DNA of 37,459 nt, from positions 1 to 37,459 of the forward strand of contig JBFMDG010000002.1 of the NCBI GenBank assembly GCA_040754135.1, read 5' to 3'. A program made the position numbers and the translations under genes. The notes under the pieces were generated by a model. It was not told the origin of the DNA, did no database searches, and saw only the letters and a program-made list of their open reading frames with translations. Origin of the DNA: Verrucomicrobiota bacterium. Lineage in GTDB: Bacteria > Verrucomicrobiota > Verrucomicrobiia > Limisphaerales > SIBE01. This document shows, one piece after another, positions 22,201 through 28,100 of this stretch. Every line of letters starts with the position of its first letter. The first letter of the stretch is position 1.

Positions 22201-22377
22201 AGCGATGGCGCCGATCAAACGCGCGTGGGCGGCACGCTTGGCAGTCCGGCGCGCAACGGCGAACCGTTCGGCGAAATCGGCCTCGTCATGCAAGGCGATG
22301 CCGAAGCCGGCGATCAGACCGGCGCTCCCACAGATCCGCAACCCGGCAACGGCAAATCCAGGAAAGACGTGCGGTAA
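7285..22377 (+). CDS. 5030-aa LEPRxLL-leader giant Ca2+-binding repeat protein (putative adhesin/surface protein)
   Basis: N-terminal LEPLEPRLMLSA (7357-7392). PGNSPG...YDQLNVSG autotransporter-passenger-like segment (~7650-8010). Ten ~177-aa repeats with DxDxDG loops (~8150-13600). Amphipathic beta-strand region (~13600-15490). RTX GGxGxD array (~15750-20300). C-terminal module homologous to that of the upstream gene. The GTG start has no SD, so it is uncertain by a few codons. Confidence 0.92.
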   Translation: MPVVDVKRTAGASSNLLSSRPGCLLEPLEPRLMLSAVAPEAGVQSATFDLLAPGASSIEINDPSLSAFSDASASYDPAAELENIFGITSDLEAGIDPADSAESATVINSGESLTGNLETAGDLINHGLLSPGNSPGVINHNGDLTQNGTLLVEIGGRTAGAGSPNVDDGYDQLNVSGNLTLGGTLQIQLLNGFVPVLGDSFEFINAGSISGDFVNFSGLNLGEGLYLKPVLDGNRYLLTVAELPGGASDVDAGAQQDALLAFFAGKGAVNSFSFFGRLNLSHLVSLSGNFAIERGPSLTVPLADGSTTQVQNLTLGGSDIHAFIGWNGPYWQDSDDDGDIDSTDETVDGAVGLAIEDLDFGLGLFASILDLTGYMALQAHATSISIVGLDGITIRAEDVSFGLNLASNPFEIPGVFEPEVIDFSAMNGGAGLSIATGGDPVSLTFDDSVLQVTAGNALLQISNFLSIEGSFAFEQGRTVEVTLADGTTKEVETMTIGAADVDVFAGVGGPYFDDLDGNGNGYNDGAIGIALENVDVGVALMEGADLTDFTKYVALKVEADSAALVGMGDIIELSATDITVGYNTVSDLFDHPLDPAEPIDFSAMPGGGFAVPTGGDPVVLDFDSELLQVIVGQATLKISDFLFIQGSFAFEQGRTVEVTLADGEVKEVDAVTIGASNVNVFAGVGGPYFRDVDGNGNGYNDGAIGIALQNVDVGIALLEGADLTDFTKYVAIKVEADSAGLVGMGDIIELSATDITVGYNTVSDPFDTVFDPAEPIDFSAMQDGGFAVPTGGDPVVLDFDSELLQVIVGQATLKISDFLFIQGSFAFEKGRSTEVTLADGETKEVDVVTIGASNVNVFAGAGGPYFEDVDGDGDGRNDNSIGIALENVDLGIALLEGADLTDFTKYVALKIEAESAGVVGLGDIFELTAEDVTVGYNTVSDPFDTVFDPAEPIDFSAMPGGGFAVPTGGDPVVLDFDSELLQVIVGQATLQISEFIFVQGSFAFEQGRSATVTLADGTTKEVDAVTIGASDVNVFAGLGGPYFEDVDGDGDGRNDGAIGLAFENVDVGIALFEGAALTDFTKYVALKVEADSAGFVGMGDIIELNARDITIGYNTVTDPFDTVFDPAEPIDFSAMTGGGFAVPTGGDPVVLDFDSELLQVIVGQATLKISQFIFIQGSFAFEQGRTTTVTLADSTTKEVDVITIGASNVNVFAGVGGPYFEDVDGDGDGRNDGSIGLALENVDVGIGLFEGADLFDFTKYVAVKVEADSAGLVGMGDILELSAQDIRVGYNSVDDPFDLPTDPAEPIDFSAMTGGGFAVPTGGDPVVLDYDSELIQVILGQATLKISDFIFVEGSFAFEKGRSTEVTLADGETKEVDVMTIGASNVNVFAGIGGSYFDDLDGNGDGYNANAIGLVLENVDVGVVMMEGAALTDFAKYMALKVEAESAGLVGLGDVLELRIRDITVGYNSVDDPIATPFNPAEPIDFSAMPDGGFEVPTGGDPVVLDFDSELLQVIIGDAYLKISDFIQIRGSFAFEKGRTLSATLSGPDPLTFFTQTKELEQMTIGASNVNVFVGLGPYWLDADGDGQFDAQTNDRAVGIALENVTFGLGIYQPERNPLVPSSLLDLSKYYAFKGHADRAAIVGINDPIEIDFKDITVAANLARNSLVDSIPGGSLIVLPAIDFTELEGGGYEVLTGGEPVFFDFNGPRLQAVIGDATIRISEFVHLHGSLALEAGDVQHVELSSPDLVFGSEKDVRILTLGGYNIQAFVGINGPYRTDVNGDGLINNADPANTSAVGLVLDDVSFAMAILKPTSLIDPAQYFALKATANQIGFVGIDAFEISGRELVIEVNNVQSSIGNPLDMPVVDFAASFPDSGGYEVRTGAKRTDPDTGELVDITIPLTMSSRLIHAQAAVLNVNIGGVVALTGGFDFSLGATNDVTLTNGLTKRVTTMTVGATNVYGFVGINGPYWRDSNNDGQIITDPNAANHDTPDSDAIGLSLEDLDLGLAIMVPTFPLDVSRFVALKANVDRVQLVGLNFVTLDIEDIQLEANLGYGISVGVAAVDFPASFPADPQNNKPDAGLFIDTGHDGVLLDFDDLLIRVRLAGELTFRIPDGADLFSISGVFLFAADTSGLQLFADGGLSLAVPGGDVLSLETTGVLFLNGDGFAADLDVDLSLSPGIESVFALNAGVRLVVNVTGQTQRIQIPDNYLQFLNDQTRNRLITDSEGSSYYEVNRGPPRFDGSFGSSGPYLVVIASGTISVGGPLAITGLMRFEASGDYLELSIAASLTIDPVGSASVFGTFRISSDGFVASLDAVFVPDANIASNLGITLSAQFKLEINTRPTDDTIVRPVINKETGAFTSEFTSEIIPALTLRLYGGGALQLVGAFDIVGQFEFSLGPGGLMLGIDGFLDVTFLGQLALSGVLAIGQDGVVASLDISAGLGDGFGAAVGLKFQGRVTLQINTTGSTKIVSDVEVDPGVLLSISGSVDFLGFASASGQMTIAFSGSELRMTIRATVVLGPIDVQIDGFGIFNSSGIVLDLAVSLETSVLDIIDIDASGRIKINTSDQARNGIAANSFYLALSGDLSILKVLNFSASFSMIVLNYAWRVDFSASISFFGIFTLNGSGWFDSDGDFDVRLSGSVVIGSRSNGLVGGINFHVWMNETSFGISASAHMSARLFGISFGGVSFGFTFTANRDAGGRIKVRATVSVCIEFLFWEFCGTASFTLGYLQLPKPVYLAGLENNPEEWVGADAGGDGVLYLNMGSRASSRNIAEDDPDETYVIQHVGGSSEYPEGEIVKVVGFGRTQRFTGVKKIVANAGDGDDLIVFQEGVDSPVSINGGSGNDTIVYDGVGVSGDTSFIWGDSGNDTITIGDAFQALAMIFGGSGNDLIEGSPVADMIFGDSGHDQLIGGRGNDTISDSDGMNVIIGGLGNDTINGGSGIDLIAGDEANFDWQTGVALYSLITSSSGLGGTDTINGGDGDDFILGGFALDTISGGSGRDLLIGDEASIDFNSSGQLDFVATIGANGSGELLNGDNGDDVLVGGVGSDTLNGGSDHDLILGDNGSLDYTNGVLVSATSETGNGGALDFIYGESGDDRILAGDGVDVLWAGSGHDIVFGDNGRILQTASGALDFAESSTTAGGAGETLNGESGNDILIGGDGLDILNGGDDHDTLISADATLDWNSGVLARIASLDFGSGHNEPLYGHAGNDILIGGSGSDTLYGSTGDDVLFGDHAELIYTNGALTTARSISTTIGDVDVLYGEADNDRLIGGVGAETILFGADGNDVVIGDSGELTFGGGLLVRAATYAPGDGAIDLLNGDNGDDVLFGGTAADTLYGASGNDVLIGDQGAVEFTNNRVTRVTTNDGGANEYADDRLETSTGNNVAFGGLGADTIITLEGNDVIAGDQATLVQLESGVWIDLSSHDFARGGNDTIQSGTGDDTIVGGQGNDTVTADLGHDVIFGDSGQVVRTSAGALDLVLSLGTDQGGDDTVFANAGDDLVIAGFASDTVYGSTGNDRALGDNGRVDFADGVIVQLNTISPSHGAADTLHGDEDDDTLVGGTASDTVRGHTGNDLLVGDQVVLDFTTGNLTQASTNDGADSEFGDDVLDAANGSNVVLAGLGSDQVTALEGADWIAGDQATLIQLVHGARSLFISHDTARGGLDSINAGAGNDTIIAGQGSDTVNGEDGDDILIGDNGQIDYNASVLVRIQTISPSHGASDTLNGHADNDLVLGGTAGDTITTHTGNDTVIGDQGIVSYTNGNRVQITTNDGADSEYGDDTIHAGNGDNIVFGGLGSDDITTLEGADLVSGDQVTLVLLENGLKDEFFSHDTARGGNDLIHSGAGDDTIIAGQSVDTVHAEQQNDIVIGDNGRIDYLASVLVRIHTTSPSDGMSDTLNGNEDDDILFGGTTGDTISSHTGNDIVIGDQGVIDYTNGNLTQITTNDGVDTEFGDDVIDAGNGNNFVFAGLGSDRVDSFEGRDVITGDQATLVQLESGVWISLDSHDFTRGGNDIIRSGAGDDLIIAGHGLDDVAAEADNDMVFGDNGQVVRTNAGALDLAISVAPDQGANDLVTGNEGDDLIIAGAATDTIYGNAGDDTIIGDNGRVDYNSSVLVQINTINPSIGAVDTLNGNEDDDIIFGGTAGDTISSHTGNDIVIGDQGIIDYTNGNLTQITTNDGVDTEFGVDLIDAGNGNNIVFAGLGGDDVTSFEGQDVIAGDQATMVVLESGIWISVTTHDFTRGGNDVIRSGAGDDVVLAGNGQDEVIAGADDDIVLGDNGLMLRHNNGARSFITTTNPTLGNQDLIFGDEQDDIIFGGTAEDEIYGGSENDLIFGDHGKVDYSLPPNDNFHSIDMAVADLGADDFIRGNSGDDIIIAGQGDDTVYGDANDDDIIGGHNVAGGIDELDPADATNDRLDGGSENDVIAGDNAWIIRRGDAVSPRVRQLAGTTLYNTDGSAAVTGAAQAIPTGAASRDILLLDHSTSATADTYGNDFIAGGAHDDLIFGQLGPDILQGDSTIDHSLAAGSLSQSSDGDDYIEGNGGDDLIYGNLGQDDILGGNSDMFGLVTPAQRPDGSDVIYGGSALDLARNTMGDQSPTGHARDADMILGDNGRIYRIIGKGSEAGSYRTFNYDNYSSLRIIPRAIDLLDYSANAVASDDIGAGDLIHGEAGDDWIHGASGNDVLYGEGQDDDIFGESGDDWISGGSGDDGILGDDGKIMTSRNGTAEPLYGIAATTQTSITSKSVAATYTLNETGLINKSVDLEPFDIGGKDIIYGGLGNDFLHGGFGDDAISGAEALLEFYANPATTPGIVYDPVTREFTAYNENDPLRKVAGHALNFEAFVGDSNNKVNDGRDALFGDLGNDWLVGGTEADHLFGGLGDDLLNCDDNLETNGGANNAPDAGLYGDADLAYGGGGMDYLLGNTGGDRMIDSHGEFNNYWVPFSPYGAATIIRALNPDTRDLLYAVSKSDGADQTRVGGTLGSPARNGEPFGEIGLVMQGDAEAGDQTGAPTDPQPGNGKSRKDVR
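8701..11886 (+). repeat. Six tandem intragenic repeats with exact 531-bp (177-aa) period
   Basis: The TTC GAR codons of 'FE(Q/K)GR' recur at 8701, 9232, 9763, 10294, 10825, 11356 and 11887. Diverged copies flank the array on both sides. Confidence 0.95.
17341..20200 (+). repeat. Higher-order RTX repeat array built from ~174-bp (58-aa) units
   Basis: GDQ..(F/Y)T..TNDG units start at 17341, 18037, 18559, 19081 and 19777 (spacings 696, 522, 522, 696). There are 67 identical nt at 19091-19157 and 19787-19853. Confidence 0.85.
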
Positions 22378-22591
22378 AGGCAGGCGCGTAGCACACTGTT
22401 CCCGCCCTTTCCCCATTCCGATTTTGAACCAAGGCACCTCAAGTTCTACTCCGTCGTCTCCGAGACGCTTCCTTGAATCTGTAGAATCCGATGTGTGTGC
22501 CGAGAAGTGAACTCAACGCCGTCGGGATTGTGGGGGAGCGTCCTCCAACTCGCATTTCTGTCGATGAACCGGAAACAAACCTGCTCAAAGC

Positions 22592-23269
22592 TCAAGGAAA
22601 TCCAAGTGCTTCAAGCGCTGTTAACCAGAGGTTGAAATGCGGGCACGCTTGCCGTAAGCGATCCATTCCAATGCGTCGAACGATGATTGGCGCGTGCGCC
22701 CTTGCGCCGCTGCCTTTACGGTAAGCAGGAAACAGCCTTTCTATTCGCTTTGACGGCGCTGACTGGTCGTCAATCTCTTCGCACTCGCCGCACTCGTGCA
22801 CGATTTGAGTGAACTGCGACTCCAAATCCGGGCGCTCAAAAACACTCGCCATAACGTTTGCGTCCGAGAAAAGCAACGCCTCCGACTCATGCATCTGGAC
22901 GTATGGTATGAATCGGCGCGGATCGTCAGCGGAATCCATTTTCAGGACGACTTCGTTGTGCATCGCATCTTCGACGACTTTGGCGATTTCCTGCGCCCTC
23001 TTTCCTTTCGATTGTCGCATGCCGGGCCAGTCGTTCGGCAGGCCGTAGTAATCGAAGAACGTACTCACATAACTGGCGCGTTCCTGGTTAAGCAACGCTA
23101 GAATCTCATTGCAAACCGATTGGAAATTGCGGATGCCGCCTTTGTGACCCGGATTGCCGACGAACTTGGCGTGGAGTGACACTCCGCGCAAGGCCAGATA
23201 CGGAGCGAACGTCTGCTCGACAATGGCTCGTTCAGTGAAGCCCTCGACGACAGTCAAAACCCTATGCAT
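22592..23269 (-). CDS. DUF4276-family protein (TOPRIM-like putative nuclease)
   Basis: Motifs VVEGFTE, TFFDYYGLP, YVQMHESEALLFSD, PSKRI, CPHF..W. The ATG at 23269 overlaps the ATPase end (ATGCATAG, 8-nt overlap), so it is preferred over the ORF-track start at 23320. Confidence 0.85.
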   Translation of the reverse strand: MHRVLTVVEGFTERAIVEQTFAPYLALRGVSLHAKFVGNPGHKGGIRNFQSVCNEILALLNQERASYVSTFFDYYGLPNDWPGMRQSKGKRAQEIAKVVEDAMHNEVVLKMDSADDPRRFIPYVQMHESEALLFSDANVMASVFERPDLESQFTQIVHECGECEEIDDQSAPSKRIERLFPAYRKGSGARAHAPIIVRRIGMDRLRQACPHFNLWLTALEALGFP

Positions 23270-24374
23270 GAGTCGGCCCGGCTTCGATGACGTTCTTTTG
23301 CAAAAGCTCTCCGAGCGCATATTCCTTCAGCCACTCGGCGAGCGGTTCTGCTTCCAAACGGCGGAAGTGCGATGCCCCCTCCACGCGCTCCACCACAACC
23401 ACTTCCTGCGGTTCAAATTGGTTGAGCAGAGGCGCGGACTGCGTCGAAACGATCAATTGTGTTCGCTCCGCTGATTCCTTGAGCAATTGCGCGAGGACTT
23501 CCAGTGCGTACGGATGCAAGCCAAGTTCCGGCTCATCAATGAGCACGGTGGACGGCGGCTTGGGCTGCAACAACACGGTTGCAAGGCAGATAAATCGAAG
23601 GGTCCCATCGGAGAACTGCCATGGCTGGAATGGGAATGAACTTCCTTTTTGACGCCATTCTAACCTCACCAACTCACTCTCACCTTTGGTTTGTGGTTCG
23701 AGCAGGAAGTCATCAATAAACGGCGCGATCAATTGAACAGTCTCCCGAATCCGCTGGTATCGTGGTGCGTTTTCTTCACGCATCTTCAGGAGGAACGCGG
23801 CAATGTTCCCTGCATCGTACCGCAACTCGCGAAAGTCGCGCGCCGGGCAATCACGCCGCATCGGTGCTGTCCCGCTCGTATCGTGGAAATGATAGACCAC
23901 CCAACTTGAAACAGCTTTGTAAACGAGACCCTCCGCAGACAGGTAATTGCCCCAACTCGATTTTTGCCCTTTCCACGTGGGCAGTCGCGATTCCTTGATA
24001 CCGCCGCCCCAATTATGCCAATCGCTCCACGGTCCTCCAGTGTAGAGCGTCGCTTCCTCTCGAATCATCATCTCGCCCGCAACAGTCGGCTCTACCGTGA
24101 ACCGGTACTGGTTCGAGCCAAACTTCAAATGGGCGCTAATCTGCTTGGTTTCCCTCGGACCGTTGAAGAAAAAGCCGTCTGCCCCGCCGCCATTGGTGAC
24201 GAACGACTGCAAGCCGCCATCGGCCATTGCGCGCAGCATCCGAAAGAAATCCACCAGGTTGCTCTTGCCCGCGCCGTTTGCGCCCACCAGCACGTTCAGT
24301 TTCTCCAGCTTAAAATCCTTTAGCTCGCGGACGGATTTGAACCCATTCAGAGTGATTTGGTTTAGAGCGGACAC
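23262..24374 (-). CDS. ABC-type/AAA_21-family ATPase
   Basis: N-terminal NGFKS, Walker A GANGAGKS, signature FSDGTLRF, Walker B VLIDEPELGLHP, switch STQS; no membrane segments. Confidence 0.92.
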   Translation of the reverse strand: MSALNQITLNGFKSVRELKDFKLEKLNVLVGANGAGKSNLVDFFRMLRAMADGGLQSFVTNGGGADGFFFNGPRETKQISAHLKFGSNQYRFTVEPTVAGEMMIREEATLYTGGPWSDWHNWGGGIKESRLPTWKGQKSSWGNYLSAEGLVYKAVSSWVVYHFHDTSGTAPMRRDCPARDFRELRYDAGNIAAFLLKMREENAPRYQRIRETVQLIAPFIDDFLLEPQTKGESELVRLEWRQKGSSFPFQPWQFSDGTLRFICLATVLLQPKPPSTVLIDEPELGLHPYALEVLAQLLKESAERTQLIVSTQSAPLLNQFEPQEVVVVERVEGASHFRRLEAEPLAEWLKEYALGELLQKNVIEAGPTHA

Positions 24375-24380
24375 GCCGAA

Positions 24381-24409
24381 ATGCTAGCCGCACACACGGG
24401 ATCGGGCAA
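24381..24409 (-). promoter_or_regulatory. Sigma70 promoter giving a leaderless ATPase-DUF4276 mRNA
   Basis: Minus strand reads TTGCCC-17 nt-TAGCAT, then only 6 nt to the GTG start; no SD. Confidence 0.6.
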
Positions 24410-24537
24410 CGCGAATCAAAATTCCCACCGGACCATAATCTTGATCATGTTCCTATTGGATTCTGCTCATGGCTATTTCATCTCAAAACATAGCGCCCGA
24501 ATTGCGGCTGATATCTCATGGCCCTCAGGTGTCTCTC

Positions 24538-24577
24538 GGTCAATCATGGGTCAAGTGTCAGTCAAGCATCGGTCAAG
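24538..24577. repeat. Four 11-bp-phased direct repeats, core (G/A)GTCAA(G/T)
   Basis: ggtcaat, ggtcaag, agtcaag and ggtcaag start at 24538, 24549, 24560 and 24571. Confidence 0.7.
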
Positions 24578-25013
24578 TCGCTTCACGAGGACACCCCGCT
24601 TCAACTCCGGAAATTTAACCTCAACCCACAAATCCCATGCATGTGGCAACAACCATCTTTATGCCACCAGTGCTAACCAAATCACGTTCGAAGCGGAGTT
24701 CGGAGCTTTCCAGCTTGCAGCGGGCGTTTTTCCAAATTGGCGGAATGATTTCTTCAGCATGAGCGAATAGCTTTTTCGGTCTGGGTTTAGACCTATCACA
24801 GCAAGGCCAGATCCCTTCTCCAGTCTGAAGTGTTCCCTCGCTCAGCCTGAGCCAATCCTTACCTCAACCGTGCCTGAAGTACAACCCAACCGTCCCCAGG
24901 CTTTGCCGCAGCTGTGAGGAGGTATTCCCTCAGCAAGGATGAGCTCTTGCTCCGGCCTGAAGGAAAGCTTCCTGCAAGTTGAGGAAATCATTTTTTCAGG
25001 TTGAGCAGCGCTG

Positions 25014-25076
25014 CCTTCTGTCCTCTGTCCTCTGTTCATTGCCCTCTGCCCTATGCCCTCTGCCCTGTGCCCTTTG
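25014..25076. repeat. Heptamer tandem repeat x9 (consensus CCCTCTG)
   Basis: ccttctg tcctctg tcctctg ttcattg ccctctg ccctatg ccctctg ccctgtg ccctttg. Confidence 0.9.
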
Positions 25077-25089
25077 GCCGCAATTCCCT

Positions 25090-25118
25090 TTGCCTTCAAA
25101 CGATCCCGACCGTATAAC
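25090..25118 (+). promoter_or_regulatory. Putative sigma70 promoter of pyc
   Basis: TTGCCT-17 nt-TATAAC, with 11 nt between the -10 box and ATG 25130; no SD. Confidence 0.55.
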
Positions 25119-25129
25119 GACGCGGAATT

Positions 25130-28100
25130 ATGAGTTCCGGTGCCGAACCAAAGCAATTCACGAAGCTCCTTGCGGCCAATCGCAGTGAGATTGCCATCCG
25201 CATTTTCCGCGCAGCCACGGAGCTCGGCTTGCGCACAGTGGCCATTTACGCCCAGGAAGATCGCCTCAGTGTGCATCGCTTCAAAGCGGACGAAGCGTAC
25301 CTCGTTGGGCAGGGCAAAGGACCGGTGGGCGCTTATCTCGATATCGAGGGCATCGTGGCGCTGGCCAAGGAAAAAGGAGTGGATCTGATTCATCCCGGGT
25401 ACGGATTTCTCTCTGAGAACGCGGAGTTCGCTCGTGCCTGCGCCGGCGCCGGCATTACGTTTGTGGGGCCGAGGCCGGAGCTGCTCGACATGATGGGCGA
25501 CAAGACGGCCGCGCGACGGCTCGCCGAGCGCATCAAAGTGCCCACGCTCAAGGGAACTGACGAGCCCATCACCGACCGCGCGGAAGCGTTGAAGGTGGCC
25601 AGAAGCATCGGATTTCCGCTTATCATTAAAGCGGCTTTCGGCGGGGGCGGCCGCGGCATGCGCGTCGTTCATAAGGCGGCTGACCTGGACAATCTTCTGG
25701 ACGAAGCGCAAGCGGAGGCGGGACGCGCTTTTGGTAATCCGGCGGTTTTTCTGGAGAAATACATTGCGCGAGCCAAGCACATCGAGGTGCAGGTGCTCGG
25801 CGACAAACATGGCAACGTGCTGCATTTGCATGAGCGGGATTGTTCCGTGCAGCGCCGGCATCAAAAGGTGGTCGAGGTCGCGCCGAGCATTGGACTTGAT
25901 GCGCATGTGCGGCAGGAGCTCTGCCTGGCCGCGGCGCGCATTGCCAAAGAGATCAATTACGACAACGCGGGCACCGTGGAGTTTCTCTTCGATCTCGACC
26001 GGAACGAGTGGTTCTTCATCGAGATGAACCCGCGAATTCAAGTCGAGCACACGGTCACGGAAGTGATCACCGGTATCGATCTTGTGCGGGCGCAAATCCT
26101 CATCGCGCAGGGCCACTCGATGTTCGCTCCAGGCGTCGGTTTGCCTCCTCAAGACCAGGTGCCGCGGATGGGCTACGCCATCCAATCGCGCATTACCACA
26201 GAAGATCCAGAGAACAAATTCACGCCGGATTACGGGAAGATTCTTACGTATCGGAGCGCGGGAGGTTTTGGCATCCGCCTCGATGGCGGCATGGGTTACG
26301 CCGGGGCGATGATTACTCCGTTTTACGATTCGCTGCTGGTAAAACTGACCACATCGGGACAGACCTTTTCCATTGCGCTTCAGCGCATGGACCGGGCGCT
26401 GCGCGAGTTCCGCATTCGGGGCGTCAAAACCAATATCCCGTTCCTTGAAAACCTTATTCACAATCCGACGTTCGCCTCGGGCCAGGCCACAACGACGCTC
26501 ATTGACACGACGCCCGAGCTGTTCTCGTTCAAGCCGCGGAAAGATCGCGCCACCAAGCTGCTGAACTTTCTTGGCGACGTGATCGTCAATGGCAATCCCC
26601 ACGCCAAAGGCCACAAGCTCACCGATGGGGTACCGCAAGTGGCGCCTCCGGTTTATGATCACCGGACGATTCCGGCGAAAGCCACGCGCGATCTATTGCT
26701 CGAACTGGGGCCGAAGCAATTTGCCGAATGGGTGCTCAAACAAAAACGGCTCCTCATCACCGACACGACTTTCCGCGATGCGCATCAATCGCTCATGGCG
26801 ACGCGCGTGCGCAGCTACGACATGCTGGCGGTGGCGGGCGCGGTGGCGCGGCGCACGCCGGAATTGTTTTCGCTCGAGATGTGGGGCGGGGCGACCTTCG
26901 ACACGGCCATGCGGTTTTTGCGCGAAGATCCCTGGCAGCGTCTGCGGCAATTGCGCCAGGCGATTCCGAACATCTGTTTCCAGATGCTCTTTCGCGGCAG
27001 CAATGCGGTTGGTTACTCGAATTATCCCGACAACGTCGTGGCCGGTTTTGTCAAACACGCCGCCAGTTCGGGCATGGATATCTTCCGTATTTTCGATTCG
27101 CTGAATTACCTGCCCAATTTGAAAGTGGCGATGGAAGCCGTGCACGAGACGCACGCGATCTGCGAAGCGGCGATCTGTTATACCGGGAACATTCTCGATC
27201 CGAAACGCTCGAAGTACTCGCTGAAATATTACGTGAAGCTGGCGAAGGAACTGGAGCGCATGGGGGCGCACATGCTGGCCATTAAAGATATGGCGGGGCT
27301 CTGTCGTCCGCACGCCGCGAATGTCCTCGTCAAAGCGCTCAAGGAGGAGATCGGACTTCCGATTCATTTCCACACGCACGATTCCAGCGGTGTGAACTCA
27401 GCCGGCATTTTGAAAGCGAGCGATGCTGGAGTGGATGTGGTCGATCTGGCCATCGCAAGCATGAGCGGCTCGACCAGCCAGCCGAATCTCAATTCGATTG
27501 TCGCCGCGCTGCAACACACCCCGCGGCACACCGGGCTGAACCTCGAAGCCTTGAATGAATTCTCGGATTATTGGGAACGCGTGCGCGAAATCTACGCGCC
27601 TTTCGACACCGCGCCGAAGACCGGCAGCGCGGAAGTTTACCTGCACGAGATGCCCGGCGGCCAATACACCAATCTGAAGGAACAGGCGGCCAGCCTCGGC
27701 CTTTCCAATCGCTGGCCGGAAATCGCGCGCACCTACGCCGAGGTCAATCAGCTCTTTGGCGATATCGTCAAGGTGACGCCGAGCAGCAAGGTGGTGGGCG
27801 ACATGACGATGTTCCTCATCACCCGCGGCATCAAACCGGCCGACGTGGTGAATCTCGATCCCGGCGTCACGCCGTTTCCCGAAAGCGTGAAGGATATGTT
27901 GCGTGGAGGACTTGGACAGCCGATGGGCGGCTGGCCGAAACAGTTGCAGAAGGTGGTGTTGGGCCAGGAAAAACCGCTCAAGGGCCGCCCGGGCGCCGAC
28001 CTTCCGCCCATTGATTTCAAAGCGGAAAAAAGGTCGCTGGCCGCGAAATTGAAACGCGAAATCACTGAGGACGATTTGTTCAGCCACCTCATGTATCCGG

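Noticed and set aside
7285-22377. MARTX/RTX cytotoxin call
   Set aside because: No recognisable effector, cysteine protease or hydrophobic helical pore domain, and no acyltransferase or T1SS genes in the window.
1120-22437. Long antisense/alternate-frame ORFs (e.g. 3085-5655, 8095-10833, 1893-3407, 16435-17760, 21403-22437)
   Set aside because: Shadow ORFs of GC-rich, repetitive Gly/Asp-rich genes; no recognisable motifs, and they mirror the sense repeats.
24381-24770. 129-aa plus-strand ORF in the ATPase-pyc intergenic region
   Set aside because: Overlaps the ATPase promoter and the phased repeats; atypical composition and no motif.
24842-26662. 606-aa minus-strand ORF overlapping pyc
   Set aside because: Antisense shadow of a highly conserved gene; its tail simply translates the heptamer repeat.
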